From positions 294-64,293 of the IMG/VR virus record IMGVR_UViG_3300027857_000018: DNA of 64,000 nt, one strand, 5' to 3'. A program made the translations under genes and the position numbers. Below, piece after piece: positions 1-8,681 of the stretch. This DNA comes from a virus (lineage: Duplodnaviria; Caudoviricetes). A model generated the notes under the pieces. The model had not been told where the DNA came from, ran no database searches, and was given only the letters and a program-made list of their open reading frames with translations. Position 1 is the first letter of the stretch. Each line of letters starts with the position of its first letter.

Positions 1-89
1 AGATACGGATCTTGCCCATGCCGAGGTCGGTCATGATGACGCGGCCGGGTCCGTCGCCGAGGACCATGCGCGGGGCGAGGATGGGGATG

Positions 90-2282
90 TCAGGCGGGAA
101 CATGCGGCGCCCCCTGCGGCTTCCCCACAACCACCGGCTGCGGGTGCATCACCTCATGCTGCCGCGCTACGTGCTGCCCGAACAGGTCGGCGGTATGGCC
201 AAGCAGCGCTCGGAATGTTTCGGCTTTCTCGCTCATCTGCGTGCGCTGCATCTCCAACTGGTCGCTCCTGGCATCCGCCTGCGCTGCGATCTGCCGCTCC
301 TGGATCTTGCCTTGTGCCGCGATCTGTGCAGCCTGCACCCGTGCCTGCGCCGTCTGCTGGGCAATCTGTGGGTTCTGGCCGCCCTTCTCGCCCTGCTGCA
401 TCGCCTGGATCGCTTTCTGGAAGTCGAATCCAGGCACCACGAACCGGTCGCCATCCTTGTAGCCGGCCAGCGCGAACACCTCGTGCAGCACTTCCTCGAA
501 GTTGATGCCCTGAGCCAACACGGGCCCGAAGAACTTTTGTAGCGACTCCGCCGCCATCAGGAAGTTACGCATCTTGATCGCCGGGTTCGTCGCGCCGATC
601 CCGACATTGACCTTGACCGTCGCGTCCTTATCCAGCAGCGCGTCGGTGACGGCCGAGATGCCGTATTTCTGCTCGATCTTGGCCCGCTTGCCGCAGATGG
701 CGAGTACCGTCTGGTCCGTCTCATAGGCTCGGATCAGATGCACCAACTGGCGCAACAGCGGCTCGACGAAGCTCTCGGCGAACACGCGCAGCTCATACTC
801 GTTCATCCCGGACGCCTGCCCGGACATCAGATGCATGCCGGTCGCCGATTGCTCCTGGATCTGGGTTGCCTGCACCGACGAGTTCGAGAAATCCCCCACC
901 AGTTCGTCGAAGTCGAGGTTGATGCGGTCCTGTTCGGCGTAGGCTGCCTGCGACGGCTCCGGCGGACGGTCCCACACGATATCCGTCTGCGGGTCCTTCG
1001 TGACGACAACCTTGCCGGGGATGAACGTCCGAACGTCCACGACCTCGATGCCAACACCCTGCTTGATAAACTGTCTCGGCATCAGCGACATTTTCATCTG
1101 ATCAAAGCGCAGGTTCCAGTCGTCGTTGGTCGCCCGCTGTAGGTCGCGCACCAATTCTATCTTGCTCGCCGGATAGGTTTTATGCGTCTCCACCACCACG
1201 AAGCCGATCGTGAACGGCCGCATGCCGTGGAGGTAGACTTCTTCCAATGGCCGCGGATTGGTCAGCATCGCCGCCTGCCGGCCGAGCGTGTAGAAATGCC
1301 AGTCTCGGCCGGCCCAGCGGATGATGTTCTCGTGCACCCAGACGATATCGAAGTCCTTGGGCTTCCACGCATCGTGGTCCTTGCCCGGCACGCGTCCCGG
1401 CTCGCGTGCCCGTCGCGTTGTGTCATCGTCGATGTCCGTCGCCGATCGCATGGCCGAGTCCGGCATCGGGAACCACTCGCCCTTGTCCATCATCTCGCGC
1501 ACGTCGGAGACATACATTGCGATCTGATAGATGAGGTAGGGCGATGCTTCGACGACATTGCGCCAGTCAGCGCCGGGTTCGAAGCGGATATTTTCCATCG
1601 GGATCAGGTCGACAACGGGCTTGTCGTGGACCTTCTCAATGTCGTCCTCTTCGCGGATCTGGATCTGGCCATCCGCGCCGCGCAGCATCGCGCCCGTGTG
1701 GGGGTCGATCGCCGGCACGATCCGCGGGCCATGGTTGACCTCCTCGTACTTCCAGTAGGCTTTCGCCGCGCACAGGCCCATGACCTCGCCGTCCTGCCGC
1801 GCGCCGACCAGCGTGAGAAACCATGGGATGCCGCCCTCGCCCGTCGGTTTCGTCAGGCGGTATTGGAGCAGTTCCTGCATCACTGCGGCACTGGCAGCCT
1901 GTTCCTTGTTATCCTCGTCCGCTGGCTGGATGTTGACCACATCCTCGTTCGAGAAGAACGCCGCCGCAGTCTGCGCCTCCGACTTTCGCACCATTGCGCG
2001 CGACTTCGGGCGGAATAGCGTCGTGCGGTGGCCGTATTCGCGCGAGTAGTATTTGCTATCGATCGAGTGCAGGCTCTGGAAGGCGCGGAGGCTTTCGGTC
2101 CAGCGGGCGCGTTTGCCGCTGTTGACCCAGTTCGTCGCCGCGGAATAGCAATCACGCGCAAGTTTCTGCCCTTCTTCCGGCGATAGATAGCCGCGCCGTA
2201 TTCCTCGATCGCCGGGAGCGTCTGGCTCCCACCCTCCAGGGCCATCTTGGATAGATGGGGGCGTAAGTTCTCCATCAGGCAT
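90..2282 (-). CDS. Portal protein (copy A)
   Basis: 730 aa downstream of TerL, with podoviral portal-like size and a Q/A-rich coiled C-terminus. Near-identical to 58507..60699, which precedes the scaffold. Confidence 0.88.
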   Translation of the reverse strand: MPDGELTPPSIQDGPGGWEPDAPGDRGIRRGYLSPEEGQKLARDCYSAATNWVNSGKRARWTESLRAFQSLHSIDSKYYSREYGHRTTLFRPKSRAMVRKSEAQTAAAFFSNEDVVNIQPADEDNKEQAASAAVMQELLQYRLTKPTGEGGIPWFLTLVGARQDGEVMGLCAAKAYWKYEEVNHGPRIVPAIDPHTGAMLRGADGQIQIREEDDIEKVHDKPVVDLIPMENIRFEPGADWRNVVEASPYLIYQIAMYVSDVREMMDKGEWFPMPDSAMRSATDIDDDTTRRAREPGRVPGKDHDAWKPKDFDIVWVHENIIRWAGRDWHFYTLGRQAAMLTNPRPLEEVYLHGMRPFTIGFVVVETHKTYPASKIELVRDLQRATNDDWNLRFDQMKMSLMPRQFIKQGVGIEVVDVRTFIPGKVVVTKDPQTDIVWDRPPEPSQAAYAEQDRINLDFDELVGDFSNSSVQATQIQEQSATGMHLMSGQASGMNEYELRVFAESFVEPLLRQLVHLIRAYETDQTVLAICGKRAKIEQKYGISAVTDALLDKDATVKVNVGIGATNPAIKMRNFLMAAESLQKFFGPVLAQGINFEEVLHEVFALAGYKDGDRFVVPGFDFQKAIQAMQQGEKGGQNPQIAQQTAQARVQAAQIAAQGKIQERQIAAQADARSDQLEMQRTQMSEKAETFRALLGHTADLFGQHVARQHEVMHPQPVVVGKPQGAPHVPA

Positions 2283-3003
2283 GTATGTTCATTTCAGCCT
2301 TGCGGCGTGCCCACGTGGCTTTTAACGATTCCGCCGCTCTTGCTCTTGATTTAGATGACCGTTTTTTCGCTCCTGCGCTAATATTGGCACAATGCGAGTC
2401 AGACCGTTCGCGGCCACTCATTTTAGCTTTCGCCGCATCCGAGTGACGATAGGAGCGGTGCTTTGCGCGACATTCCTCGCTCATTCTCCTTCCGCGTCGC
2501 ACAACCGAAAGTTTGGCTCGCGTCTCATCACTAAGGCACTTCCCTTTGCGTTTCGCCGACATTTTAGCCAGCGCTTCATTTGAGAAGCCGTGACCTCTCA
2601 GTTTAGCAGAAATACGAGATCTCGCTTCATCGCTCAAAATGGGGCGGTTTTTTCTCGCCTTAGCCGATGCGGACATCTTCGCTCGCGTATCTCCGCAAGG
2701 ATCGTAAACCCCATCACCGCCAGCGCTTAGATTGTAGCCTCGCTTAGCCAACGTGCTATCTTGAGCGATGAGAATACGCTCCAATTCTAGCAAGTTCTTT
2801 AGTCCCGTTGCGCAGGCGATAACCTCGAAATTGAACGCTGAGCGTCCGTATTTCGCGATGGCACGACCGATGCCGGTCTTCTTCGCATTTATCGGAGCGC
2901 AATGCGCCGACCACCGAAGTGACGGCTTCTGCGTCGTCACACCGATATAAGCCTTCCCACTTTCGATGCGAGTGATCTTATAGGCAACAAACGTCACAAC
3001 CAC
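2275..3003 (-). CDS. Free-standing GIY-YIG homing endonuclease with NUMOD3-like repeats
   Basis: N-terminal VAYKIT...AYIGVT...RWSAH...E...GYN motif and repeated S-D/N-E-T/A-R-AK-M/L-S units. Probable start GTG 2997. Absent from copy B. Confidence 0.9.
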   Translation of the reverse strand: MVVTFVAYKITRIESGKAYIGVTTQKPSLRWSAHCAPINAKKTGIGRAIAKYGRSAFNFEVIACATGLKNLLELERILIAQDSTLAKRGYNLSAGGDGVYDPCGDTRAKMSASAKARKNRPILSDEARSRISAKLRGHGFSNEALAKMSAKRKGKCLSDETRAKLSVVRRGRRMSEECRAKHRSYRHSDAAKAKMSGRERSDSHCANISAGAKKRSSKSRARAAESLKATWARRKAEMNIHA

Positions 3004-3281
3004 CCCACCACAAACACCCCATCCCCGGGAATCTCGGTCATCAGCACCAGCCCCGTCGCCGAGAAAATGCCGGTCGGATCGCCATCCGTATCCTTCAGCC
3101 CGCTGCCGTCCACGTAATTGGTCGGCCAGAGGTTGTTCATGAGCATGGTCGTGCCTGGCGAGGTCGCGTCGTTGAACCAGAAGTCGTTGAGATACGGCTG
3201 CGTCGTCACAGAGAAGGAAGTAATCGTCGCGGTTCCCAGCACCACTAGACTTTGGCCAGTGAACGTTCCCGAGCCAGCCAT
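2994..3281 (-). CDS. Small beta-rich virion-associated protein (putative)
   Basis: Start after AGGAGG at 3281. GTATITSFS motif is shared with the upstream gene. Protein identical in copy B. Confidence 0.7.
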   Translation of the reverse strand: MAGSGTFTGQSLVVLGTATITSFSVTTQPYLNDFWFNDATSPGTTMLMNNLWPTNYVDGSGLKDTDGDPTGIFSATGLVLMTEIPGDGVFVVGWL

Positions 3282-3307
3282 GTCAGCCTCCTGCGTGAAA
3301 GGCTGTG

Positions 3308-3589
3308 CTAGGCTCCGCCCACCGTCGCCGTGCCAGTCGTCTGCACCGTGACGCCCACCTTGCACACGAGGCCGACGGGCGTTGCCGGGCCGCCGTACTT
3401 GAACCCACCCGGCGTCACGTAATCGGAGGGCCAGATACAGTTCGAAAGCTCGGCATCGCCCGGGGATGCGCAGTCATGCACGCTCGCCGGAACCGTGGTC
3501 GGCGTCACAGTGTGGGAAAAGCTCGTGATAGTCGCTGTTCCGGTCACGATCGTCGATTTCGGACCCTTGGTCGTGCCGTTCCAGGCCAT
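3308..3589 (-). CDS. Small beta-rich virion-associated protein (putative), paralog of 2994..3281
   Basis: TAATG-coupled start, GTATITSFS motif, conserved in copy B. Confidence 0.7.
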   Translation of the reverse strand: MAWNGTTKGPKSTIVTGTATITSFSHTVTPTTVPASVHDCASPGDAELSNCIWPSDYVTPGGFKYGGPATPVGLVCKVGVTVQTTGTATVGGA

Positions 3590-3966
3590 TAGTGCCGACT
3601 CCTTTCCACAATCCCCTCCAACCGCACGCCATGCTCGATCGCCCGCAGCCGCCACCGCTCCGGCGCACGATCGCGGGGTAACCCATACCGCTCCAGAATC
3701 TCGCCGCCAGCCTGCATCACGCGCTGATGCGCACCTGGCGCCATGAGCGTCGTCAGGTGTAGCAAGTAGCCGTAACCGTTCACGTCCGGGTCATCCTCGA
3801 CCATCAGCCGGATCGTGACCGTGCCGCCGTCGTAGGAGACACCCACCGCCCAGTCGTATCCTGGATAGTGCTTCGCCAGATCCTGTCCCACGGCGAGGCA
3901 CATGTCCTGTTCGGTGAGAGCATGCTCGCCGTAGGATTGGAGGTCGATGGAGAGAGTGTCGGTCAC
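3589..3966 (-). CDS. Hypothetical phage protein
   Basis: Conserved in copy B with mostly synonymous changes; overlapping start/stop. Confidence 0.75.
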   Translation of the reverse strand: MTDTLSIDLQSYGEHALTEQDMCLAVGQDLAKHYPGYDWAVGVSYDGGTVTIRLMVEDDPDVNGYGYLLHLTTLMAPGAHQRVMQAGGEILERYGLPRDRAPERWRLRAIEHGVRLEGIVERSRH

Positions 3967-4238
3967 GGCATTTCCACCACGCCACGTAGTCGTTCCCGGA
4001 GTTTGCGTGCGATCTTATCCGCCAAATCCACCGTCATGTCGGCGCCGACGGCATCATCCTCTGACATTGTCTCGTAAATGATCTTGGAAATTGCCTGCTC
4101 CGACAGATCTAATGCCGTCGAATGATAAGGTCTACTTCCCCAATACCACCAGTTTTCGCCGCCTGCGATAAGTCCCTGGTTGCTCTCTGTCACAATGGCA
4201 ACTGGCTTCATGAACGATTGGGGTTCGCGCCAGACCAT
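3963..4238 (-). CDS. Hypothetical phage protein
   Basis: Conserved in copy B. Confidence 0.7.
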   Translation of the reverse strand: MVWREPQSFMKPVAIVTESNQGLIAGGENWWYWGSRPYHSTALDLSEQAISKIIYETMSEDDAVGADMTVDLADKIARKLRERLRGVVEMP

Positions 4239-4319
4239 CTATTTGCCTATCAACGACCAAGCCACCAGCAAAAAGCCGAAGCAGGCTAACCCGCCAATCG
4301 CGATTCCCACGAAATGCAT
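4239..4319 (-). CDS. 26-aa hydrophobic membrane peptide (MHFVGIAIGGLACFGFLLVAWSLIGK)
   Basis: Not in ORF track. TGATG coupling, fills the intergenic gap exactly, frame conserved at 61954..62034. Confidence 0.6.
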   Translation of the reverse strand: MHFVGIAIGGLACFGFLLVAWSLIGK

Positions 4320-4639
4320 CAGTCCCACGCCAGCGAGAACGTGCCGCCACCGCTCGCGAATGACAGTCCGGCGAACAACGGCCAGTCCAACGTCGTCACG
4401 GCACCCACCGCCATGCCGCCGGACCCCACGCTCCAGATCGTGCCGGACCCCGAGGCCGTTGACGTACTGTCGTTGATGTAGGCGGCTGCCGTATTCGTCG
4501 CGACGCAGACGATCTTGCGGAAATAGCCCAGCGGCATGGACGCAGGCGAGACGCTACCCGGAGCCTTCAGCGCCGCGACATTCGTGGAGACGCTATTTAG
4601 TGTCGCATTGGCACCGATGACCCGGACATCAGCCGTCAT
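4319..4639 (-). CDS. Small beta-rich virion-associated protein (putative)
   Basis: Identical protein in copy B despite many synonymous changes. Confidence 0.75.
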   Translation of the reverse strand: MTADVRVIGANATLNSVSTNVAALKAPGSVSPASMPLGYFRKIVCVATNTAAAYINDSTSTASGSGTIWSVGSGGMAVGAVTTLDWPLFAGLSFASGGGTFSLAWD

Positions 4640-4922
4640 GCTGGGTCTCCGGCGACAGCGTCTCTGCGGTCATGACGGGCTCGGCAGAGGATGGCGTCCC
4701 CGCATCCCCCACTGGCGACAGCGGCTCCTGCGCGAACTGGCTCGGCGCCGCTTCGGGCGCCACCGTTGCTGCGGCGGCGCCAGCCATCGCTCGGAACGTA
4801 TTACGCCCCATCTCGACGCCCGCATCTTCGTCCGGGTGCGTGTCCCAATTGCGAATGCGGTTGCCGAGCGAGTGGAGCGCCTCGAACGCGGCACGGGCCA
4901 TGGCTTCGATGTCGAGGGTCAC
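4629..4922 (-). CDS. Hypothetical phage protein
   Basis: Conserved in copy B, which has an in-frame 18-nt insertion. Confidence 0.7.
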   Translation of the reverse strand: MTLDIEAMARAAFEALHSLGNRIRNWDTHPDEDAGVEMGRNTFRAMAGAAAATVAPEAAPSQFAQEPLSPVGDAGTPSSAEPVMTAETLSPETQHDG

Positions 4923-5221
4923 TTATGCCCCCTAAATCCGAACTCGCCCCGATCCGTCTTCATCTTCGCGACCTTTCCTGGCGGGTGTTTCAGCGGCGAC
5001 GCAGCAGGGATGGCTGTGGGTTTGTGCAGCTTGCGGTCCGCCTTGGCGTCGATCTTGTGCTCTTCGGAGGTGGACATGCGGCCGGCTTTCACCGCCTGCG
5101 TCGCGCGTGCCTTCGCGTTGGCTGCGTGACTGGCATCTGGAATTGGGTACGATCTATCAGGGCCGGCGAACGTCGATGCCGGAAGTTTCGCACGCGCCTT
5201 GGTGCTGAGAACTGCCATCAA
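4919..5221 (-). CDS. Basic phage protein (DUF6582-like)
   Basis: LSTKARAKLPASTFAGPDRSYPIPDASHAANAKAR motif, common in phage head modules. Confidence 0.7.
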   Translation of the reverse strand: MMAVLSTKARAKLPASTFAGPDRSYPIPDASHAANAKARATQAVKAGRMSTSEEHKIDAKADRKLHKPTAIPAASPLKHPPGKVAKMKTDRGEFGFRGHK

Positions 5222-5222
5222 C

Positions 5223-5447
5223 TTAGATCCTCTCTTGATCGCGGCTCAGAACACTTGCACGTCTTAGCGAACATCTCGCGGCTTCCACTCGTTGAATGAC
5301 AGGCCATTCCGGGTAGGCGGCTTCTCCTAGCCAAAAATAGAAGCTAGGCATCGGGCGCGGCAGCACGATTTCTCTTTTGTTGCCGGACTCATCCCAGCCG
5401 GAAACAAGAAGTGGCCTCTTCCAGGGGTTTAATTCTATGGCCATCAA
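5223..5447 (-). CDS. Hypothetical inserted gene (copy A only)
   Basis: Present between two genes that are adjacent in copy B; AT-richer. Confidence 0.5.
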   Translation of the reverse strand: MMAIELNPWKRPLLVSGWDESGNKREIVLPRPMPSFYFWLGEAAYPEWPVIQRVEAARCSLRRASVLSRDQERI

Positions 5448-5755
5448 TCCGCCCTTCCCTGTCGCACAAACCCATCCCGCATCGGCTCAGCCTTGTGCGC
5501 CTTCATGCGCCGATGCGCCGTGCTCTTGCTCGTGCCGAACTCTTTGGCCACGCTCGCGATCGTCTGGCCTGCGGCGTGCCGCTCGGTCATGTGGTGGCCT
5601 TGCGGGGTAGGCTTGGCCGCCTTCGGCAGCTTCCCGCCGGGATCGGCGTTGGCGAACTCCTGTCCCACCTTCTTCGGAATGCCGAGAATGGAATGTCCGT
5701 GCGCGGCTGCCTCCATGGCGCGGCGCTGCTTCTCAGAGACAGGTGGCATCAGCAA
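5444..5755 (-). CDS. Phage protein with C-terminal HTH-like segment
   Basis: [27 protein letters not shown] motif plus [20 protein letters not shown]; conserved in copy B. Confidence 0.7.
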   Translation of the reverse strand: MLMPPVSEKQRRAMEAAAHGHSILGIPKKVGQEFANADPGGKLPKAAKPTPQGHHMTERHAAGQTIASVAKEFGTSKSTAHRRMKAHKAEPMRDGFVRQGRAD

Positions 5756-5769
5756 CTCCTATCCAAACG

Positions 5770-5907
5770 AGCCTTTTATTGTTTCGCCTCGGACATGCTC
5801 AGGTCCGGCGCGGGCCAAGCTAGGGTCTTAACGCCTATACGGGGCAGCCACGGCTAGCCGCGCATCCCGTTCAGTACTCCCCTGCTGACATAGGCCACAC
5901 CCCTATG
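5770..5907 (-). ncRNA. Candidate structured non-coding element between terminase and head genes
   Basis: Several stems (CAUAGG/CCUAUG, ACGGG/CCCGU, GCGGC/GCCGU, CGCC-GGAC/GUCC-GGCG). Only about 3 differences from copy B. Confidence 0.35.
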
Positions 5908-6112
5908 CCGGTTCGCTGTCCCTCTCGACTCGTCTCATTTCCGCCGCCTCTGGCGTATGTACCGGTCGCAGCATTGCCGCCATCTCGCGCCCATGCTGCA
6001 TCGCGTCTCTCTCGTCTGGGAATGCCATCTCCCACCGACTTGCGAAGCCATCATCCCATTCGATGAGGACGCCCCAGCCTCCGCGATCAGGAAAGGTGGT
6101 GATTTTGGTCAT
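5903..6112 (-). CDS. Hypothetical phage protein
   Basis: ATGA overlap with TerL stop; conserved in copy B. Confidence 0.65.
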   Translation of the reverse strand: MTKITTFPDRGGWGVLIEWDDGFASRWEMAFPDERDAMQHGREMAAMLRPVHTPEAAEMRRVERDSEPA

Positions 6113-7857
6113 CGATCCGCATAAACCGGCGGCGTCGTATCCTCGGCGGAGTAGAGTGCTGGCGGAACTATTTCCATATCGTATATTCTCGACGTAGCGT
6201 CAATCAGGTCTTTTCGTTCCCCAAACGGGAACGTCCTGTACTCCTCGATCAGCGCCAGCGTCACGTCATAGATCCGGCCGTCTTGGTCCGTCGAGCGAAT
6301 CGCCTTCGCGACGAGGTCTGCCGAGCCGGCCTGCACCGTCGCCATCTGCAGCTTCGTCAGCCCCTCTACCGGGCGAAATTCAATCTCCCCGAACAGCTTC
6401 GACTCCTGGTCCGTCTCAACCCGCCACACCGCAGGCTTGCCATCATGCCACACGGCCAGCGGCAGATAGAAACGCGAATTGCGGAAGTCCGGTTCCAGGC
6501 GCTCCACCCGCTCCGTCTTGCTCTGCCCAGAGTCCCGCACCCAATTCAGCTCTTTGAGCGTAAACCAAGCCTTGTCGCGCTGCATCTGCTCCTGGAAGTA
6601 CTCGTCGTCAGATTGGGCGCCGTATCTTTCGTAGCCCACAGCGATGTGCCCAACGCCAACCGCGCGCGACCACTTACGGTACAACTCCCGCATCCGCACC
6701 CAGCGTTCCGATAACGTCATCCGGTGGCAATGGCCGTCGAGGAAGAATTTGGCGCCGTTCCTCGCCAGCCCTACCACCGCCATCGCCGTGTTGTCTGAGG
6801 TCGCCGATCGGCCGCGGCTTGGGTCGATCATGATGTAGACGTTCAGCGTCCGCGGACGCACCTCATAGGGTCGTAGCCATTCGGTGCGGAAGGTAGCATC
6901 ACTGTCGGCGAGCGGGTTCTGTAGGAGCTGCGCCGCCACAATCGTGCGGGACTGTGTCCGTAGCCGACGCTGCCACTCAGCCACCGAAAAAAGCACCGGG
7001 CGACCGTCCATTCGACCGTTATGCGTAGCAGGATAGATCCGTGGCTTGGCTGCTCCACGCTTGATGATCTCCGCGTAAGTGTCCGCGAGGGAATAACGCG
7101 TGCCGATATGCCGAGCGGCGCCCCCATATTCCGGTTGCACGCCCAGGTTGTCACTCAACCCCCATGCCTCCGTCGTCTTCTGCACCTGGTCAGGTGTCGT
7201 CACGCTCTCACGCGTCACCACGTCATCGTAGACTCGCAGGCGGAAGTGCTTGCCAGTGGGCTGTCCGTCCACCAAGCCCCACGCCTCAACCGTCGCCTCT
7301 TTCGGGTTGCCACGGCGCTTGACGATGATGCCGCCGTCCTCGCTCCACTTCGGCGATTCCTTCGCCGGGTCAGCGTAGAAGATATCCGGGTACGTCGCCT
7401 TTAGAACGTCGTTGATCTCGAGTTCAACCTTGATCTGCTTGAGAAACCCCTTCGCGATCGGCCGTGTATGCGAGAAGATCCCAACCGTTATCTCCGGATC
7501 GCGGCAAATATCCTGGATCGTCATGCCGAACGTGATTATACTCGACTTGCCGTGCTCTCGTGCCCATAGGTCCAGGTATCCGTCGCGGGCGGTCTCCACT
7601 TCCCGGCAGCGGTCGAACAGCCAGTCTTTGTCGAGGTCCTCCCGGCGCAACAGCACGACCAGCAAAAAGAATAGGTCGCGCCGGCCCAACTTCTGTCGTA
7701 GCTTGCCGACCTGACGGATCTTGCGCGCGTCGGCATGGCAGTCGCGGTAAAACTCCCAGCTAGCCGTCCGCGTCGGCGGGTTTGGCAGCACCCAGTCTTC
7801 GAAGCATGATTTCGTCTGCCCCATCCGGCTCCTCGGTCGGCTTTGGCGTCGTATCAT
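6109..7857 (-). CDS. terL: Terminase large subunit
   Basis: Walker A-like WAREHGKSS, Walker B RVYDDV, coupling motif IGTRY, nuclease IDPS...D...KDLIDA. True start may be GTG 7791. Confidence 0.93.
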   Translation of the reverse strand: MIRRQSRPRSRMGQTKSCFEDWVLPNPPTRTASWEFYRDCHADARKIRQVGKLRQKLGRRDLFFLLVVLLRREDLDKDWLFDRCREVETARDGYLDLWAREHGKSSIITFGMTIQDICRDPEITVGIFSHTRPIAKGFLKQIKVELEINDVLKATYPDIFYADPAKESPKWSEDGGIIVKRRGNPKEATVEAWGLVDGQPTGKHFRLRVYDDVVTRESVTTPDQVQKTTEAWGLSDNLGVQPEYGGAARHIGTRYSLADTYAEIIKRGAAKPRIYPATHNGRMDGRPVLFSVAEWQRRLRTQSRTIVAAQLLQNPLADSDATFRTEWLRPYEVRPRTLNVYIMIDPSRGRSATSDNTAMAVVGLARNGAKFFLDGHCHRMTLSERWVRMRELYRKWSRAVGVGHIAVGYERYGAQSDDEYFQEQMQRDKAWFTLKELNWVRDSGQSKTERVERLEPDFRNSRFYLPLAVWHDGKPAVWRVETDQESKLFGEIEFRPVEGLTKLQMATVQAGSADLVAKAIRSTDQDGRIYDVTLALIEEYRTFPFGERKDLIDATSRIYDMEIVPPALYSAEDTTPPVYADR

Positions 7858-8176
7858 TCACGTCCAGCGCCTGCTTCGGCATCCCGTCGAGGCGGTTGAG
7901 CACGCTATTGGCGGCGTTGAGCGTGAGGAAGTCGAGTGCGTCGCCGCTGCCGTCGGTGCGGTCCATGAGTGCGACCAGCTTGTCCAGCGCGCGACGCTTG
8001 AGGCGTTCCCGTTCCTCGTTTTCGATGCGCATCAGGAATCGGCCTTTCGCGTCACGCTTGCAGACCTCCACACCCGCGCCGGGACGCCAGTTCGAGCGAC
8101 GGCCGAACGCCGCTCCGCCTGTTCCTATTCCTCGCCCGGCTCGGGCAGGGCCGTAATTCGTCCATCCTGCGCCCAT
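7760..8176 (-). CDS. Terminase small subunit (putative)
   Basis: Immediately upstream of TerL; RDAKGRF and AANSVLNRLDGMPKQ motifs typical of TerS-like proteins. Confidence 0.7.
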   Translation of the reverse strand: MGAGWTNYGPARAGRGIGTGGAAFGRRSNWRPGAGVEVCKRDAKGRFLMRIENEERERLKRRALDKLVALMDRTDGSGDALDFLTLNAANSVLNRLDGMPKQALDVNDTTPKPTEEPDGADEIMLRRLGAAKPADADG

Positions 8177-8228
8177 TTGTTGCTAACCCGGTGCACACGT
8201 CATACCGGCGCACGTAGCCCCAGCGCGA

Positions 8229-8681
8229 TCATACACGCTTTTGTGCCCCAAATCGCGCCAACTGTGCAAGAGGCGATTTCTCGGCCATCGTTTGTGCGAT
8301 GATGGCGATACCCTGGAAATACCAGCGCCGGATCGCCCGATGGTCGGCTTTTACGAGCCTCGCGATACGCTTCCATGTATAGATATGCCGGTAGTTGGTC
8401 GGATGGATGAGGCTGCGGGCTCGCACCACGCGGCGCAAGACGAATTTGTCATCTGGAATGTAGTGTATCCACGAGAACGCTTCATCCATTCGCGAAATAG
8501 TTGCGGCATTCGGGATCGCTGCGCGCATTGAGGTGGGGGTATAGCCATAGGCTTCCTCGTAGTCATGCACGGGCTCTGGCCAGCTATTGCCGTATCCCTT
8601 GGGCGTATATGAGGGGAGATGCATCGCCAACAATGTAGCGCCGGCTTCTTCGAGACGGCCGATAATCTCCTCGGGAGTCAT
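8229..8681 (-). CDS. DUF6362-like putative late transcription regulator
   Basis: RLEEAG.TL...WP...ISRMDEAFSWI...W..IA motif; lies just upstream of the packaging genes. Confidence 0.65.
   Translation of the reverse strand: MTPEEIIGRLEEAGATLLAMHLPSYTPKGYGNSWPEPVHDYEEAYGYTPTSMRAAIPNAATISRMDEAFSWIHYIPDDKFVLRRVVRARSLIHPTNYRHIYTWKRIARLVKADHRAIRRWYFQGIAIIAQTMAEKSPLAQLARFGAQKRV

Larger units (their letters stand above)
1..6493. repeat. Copy A of long diverged direct repeat (portal to terminase 3' end)
   Basis: Position 1 aligns to 58418 and 6493 aligns to 64000. Proteins are near-identical with many synonymous differences. Confidence 0.95.

Noticed and set aside
5770-5800. Hammerhead ribozyme (GCGAAAC motif)
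   Set aside because: No properly placed CUGANGA core; the nearby CUGAG is CCGAG in copy B.
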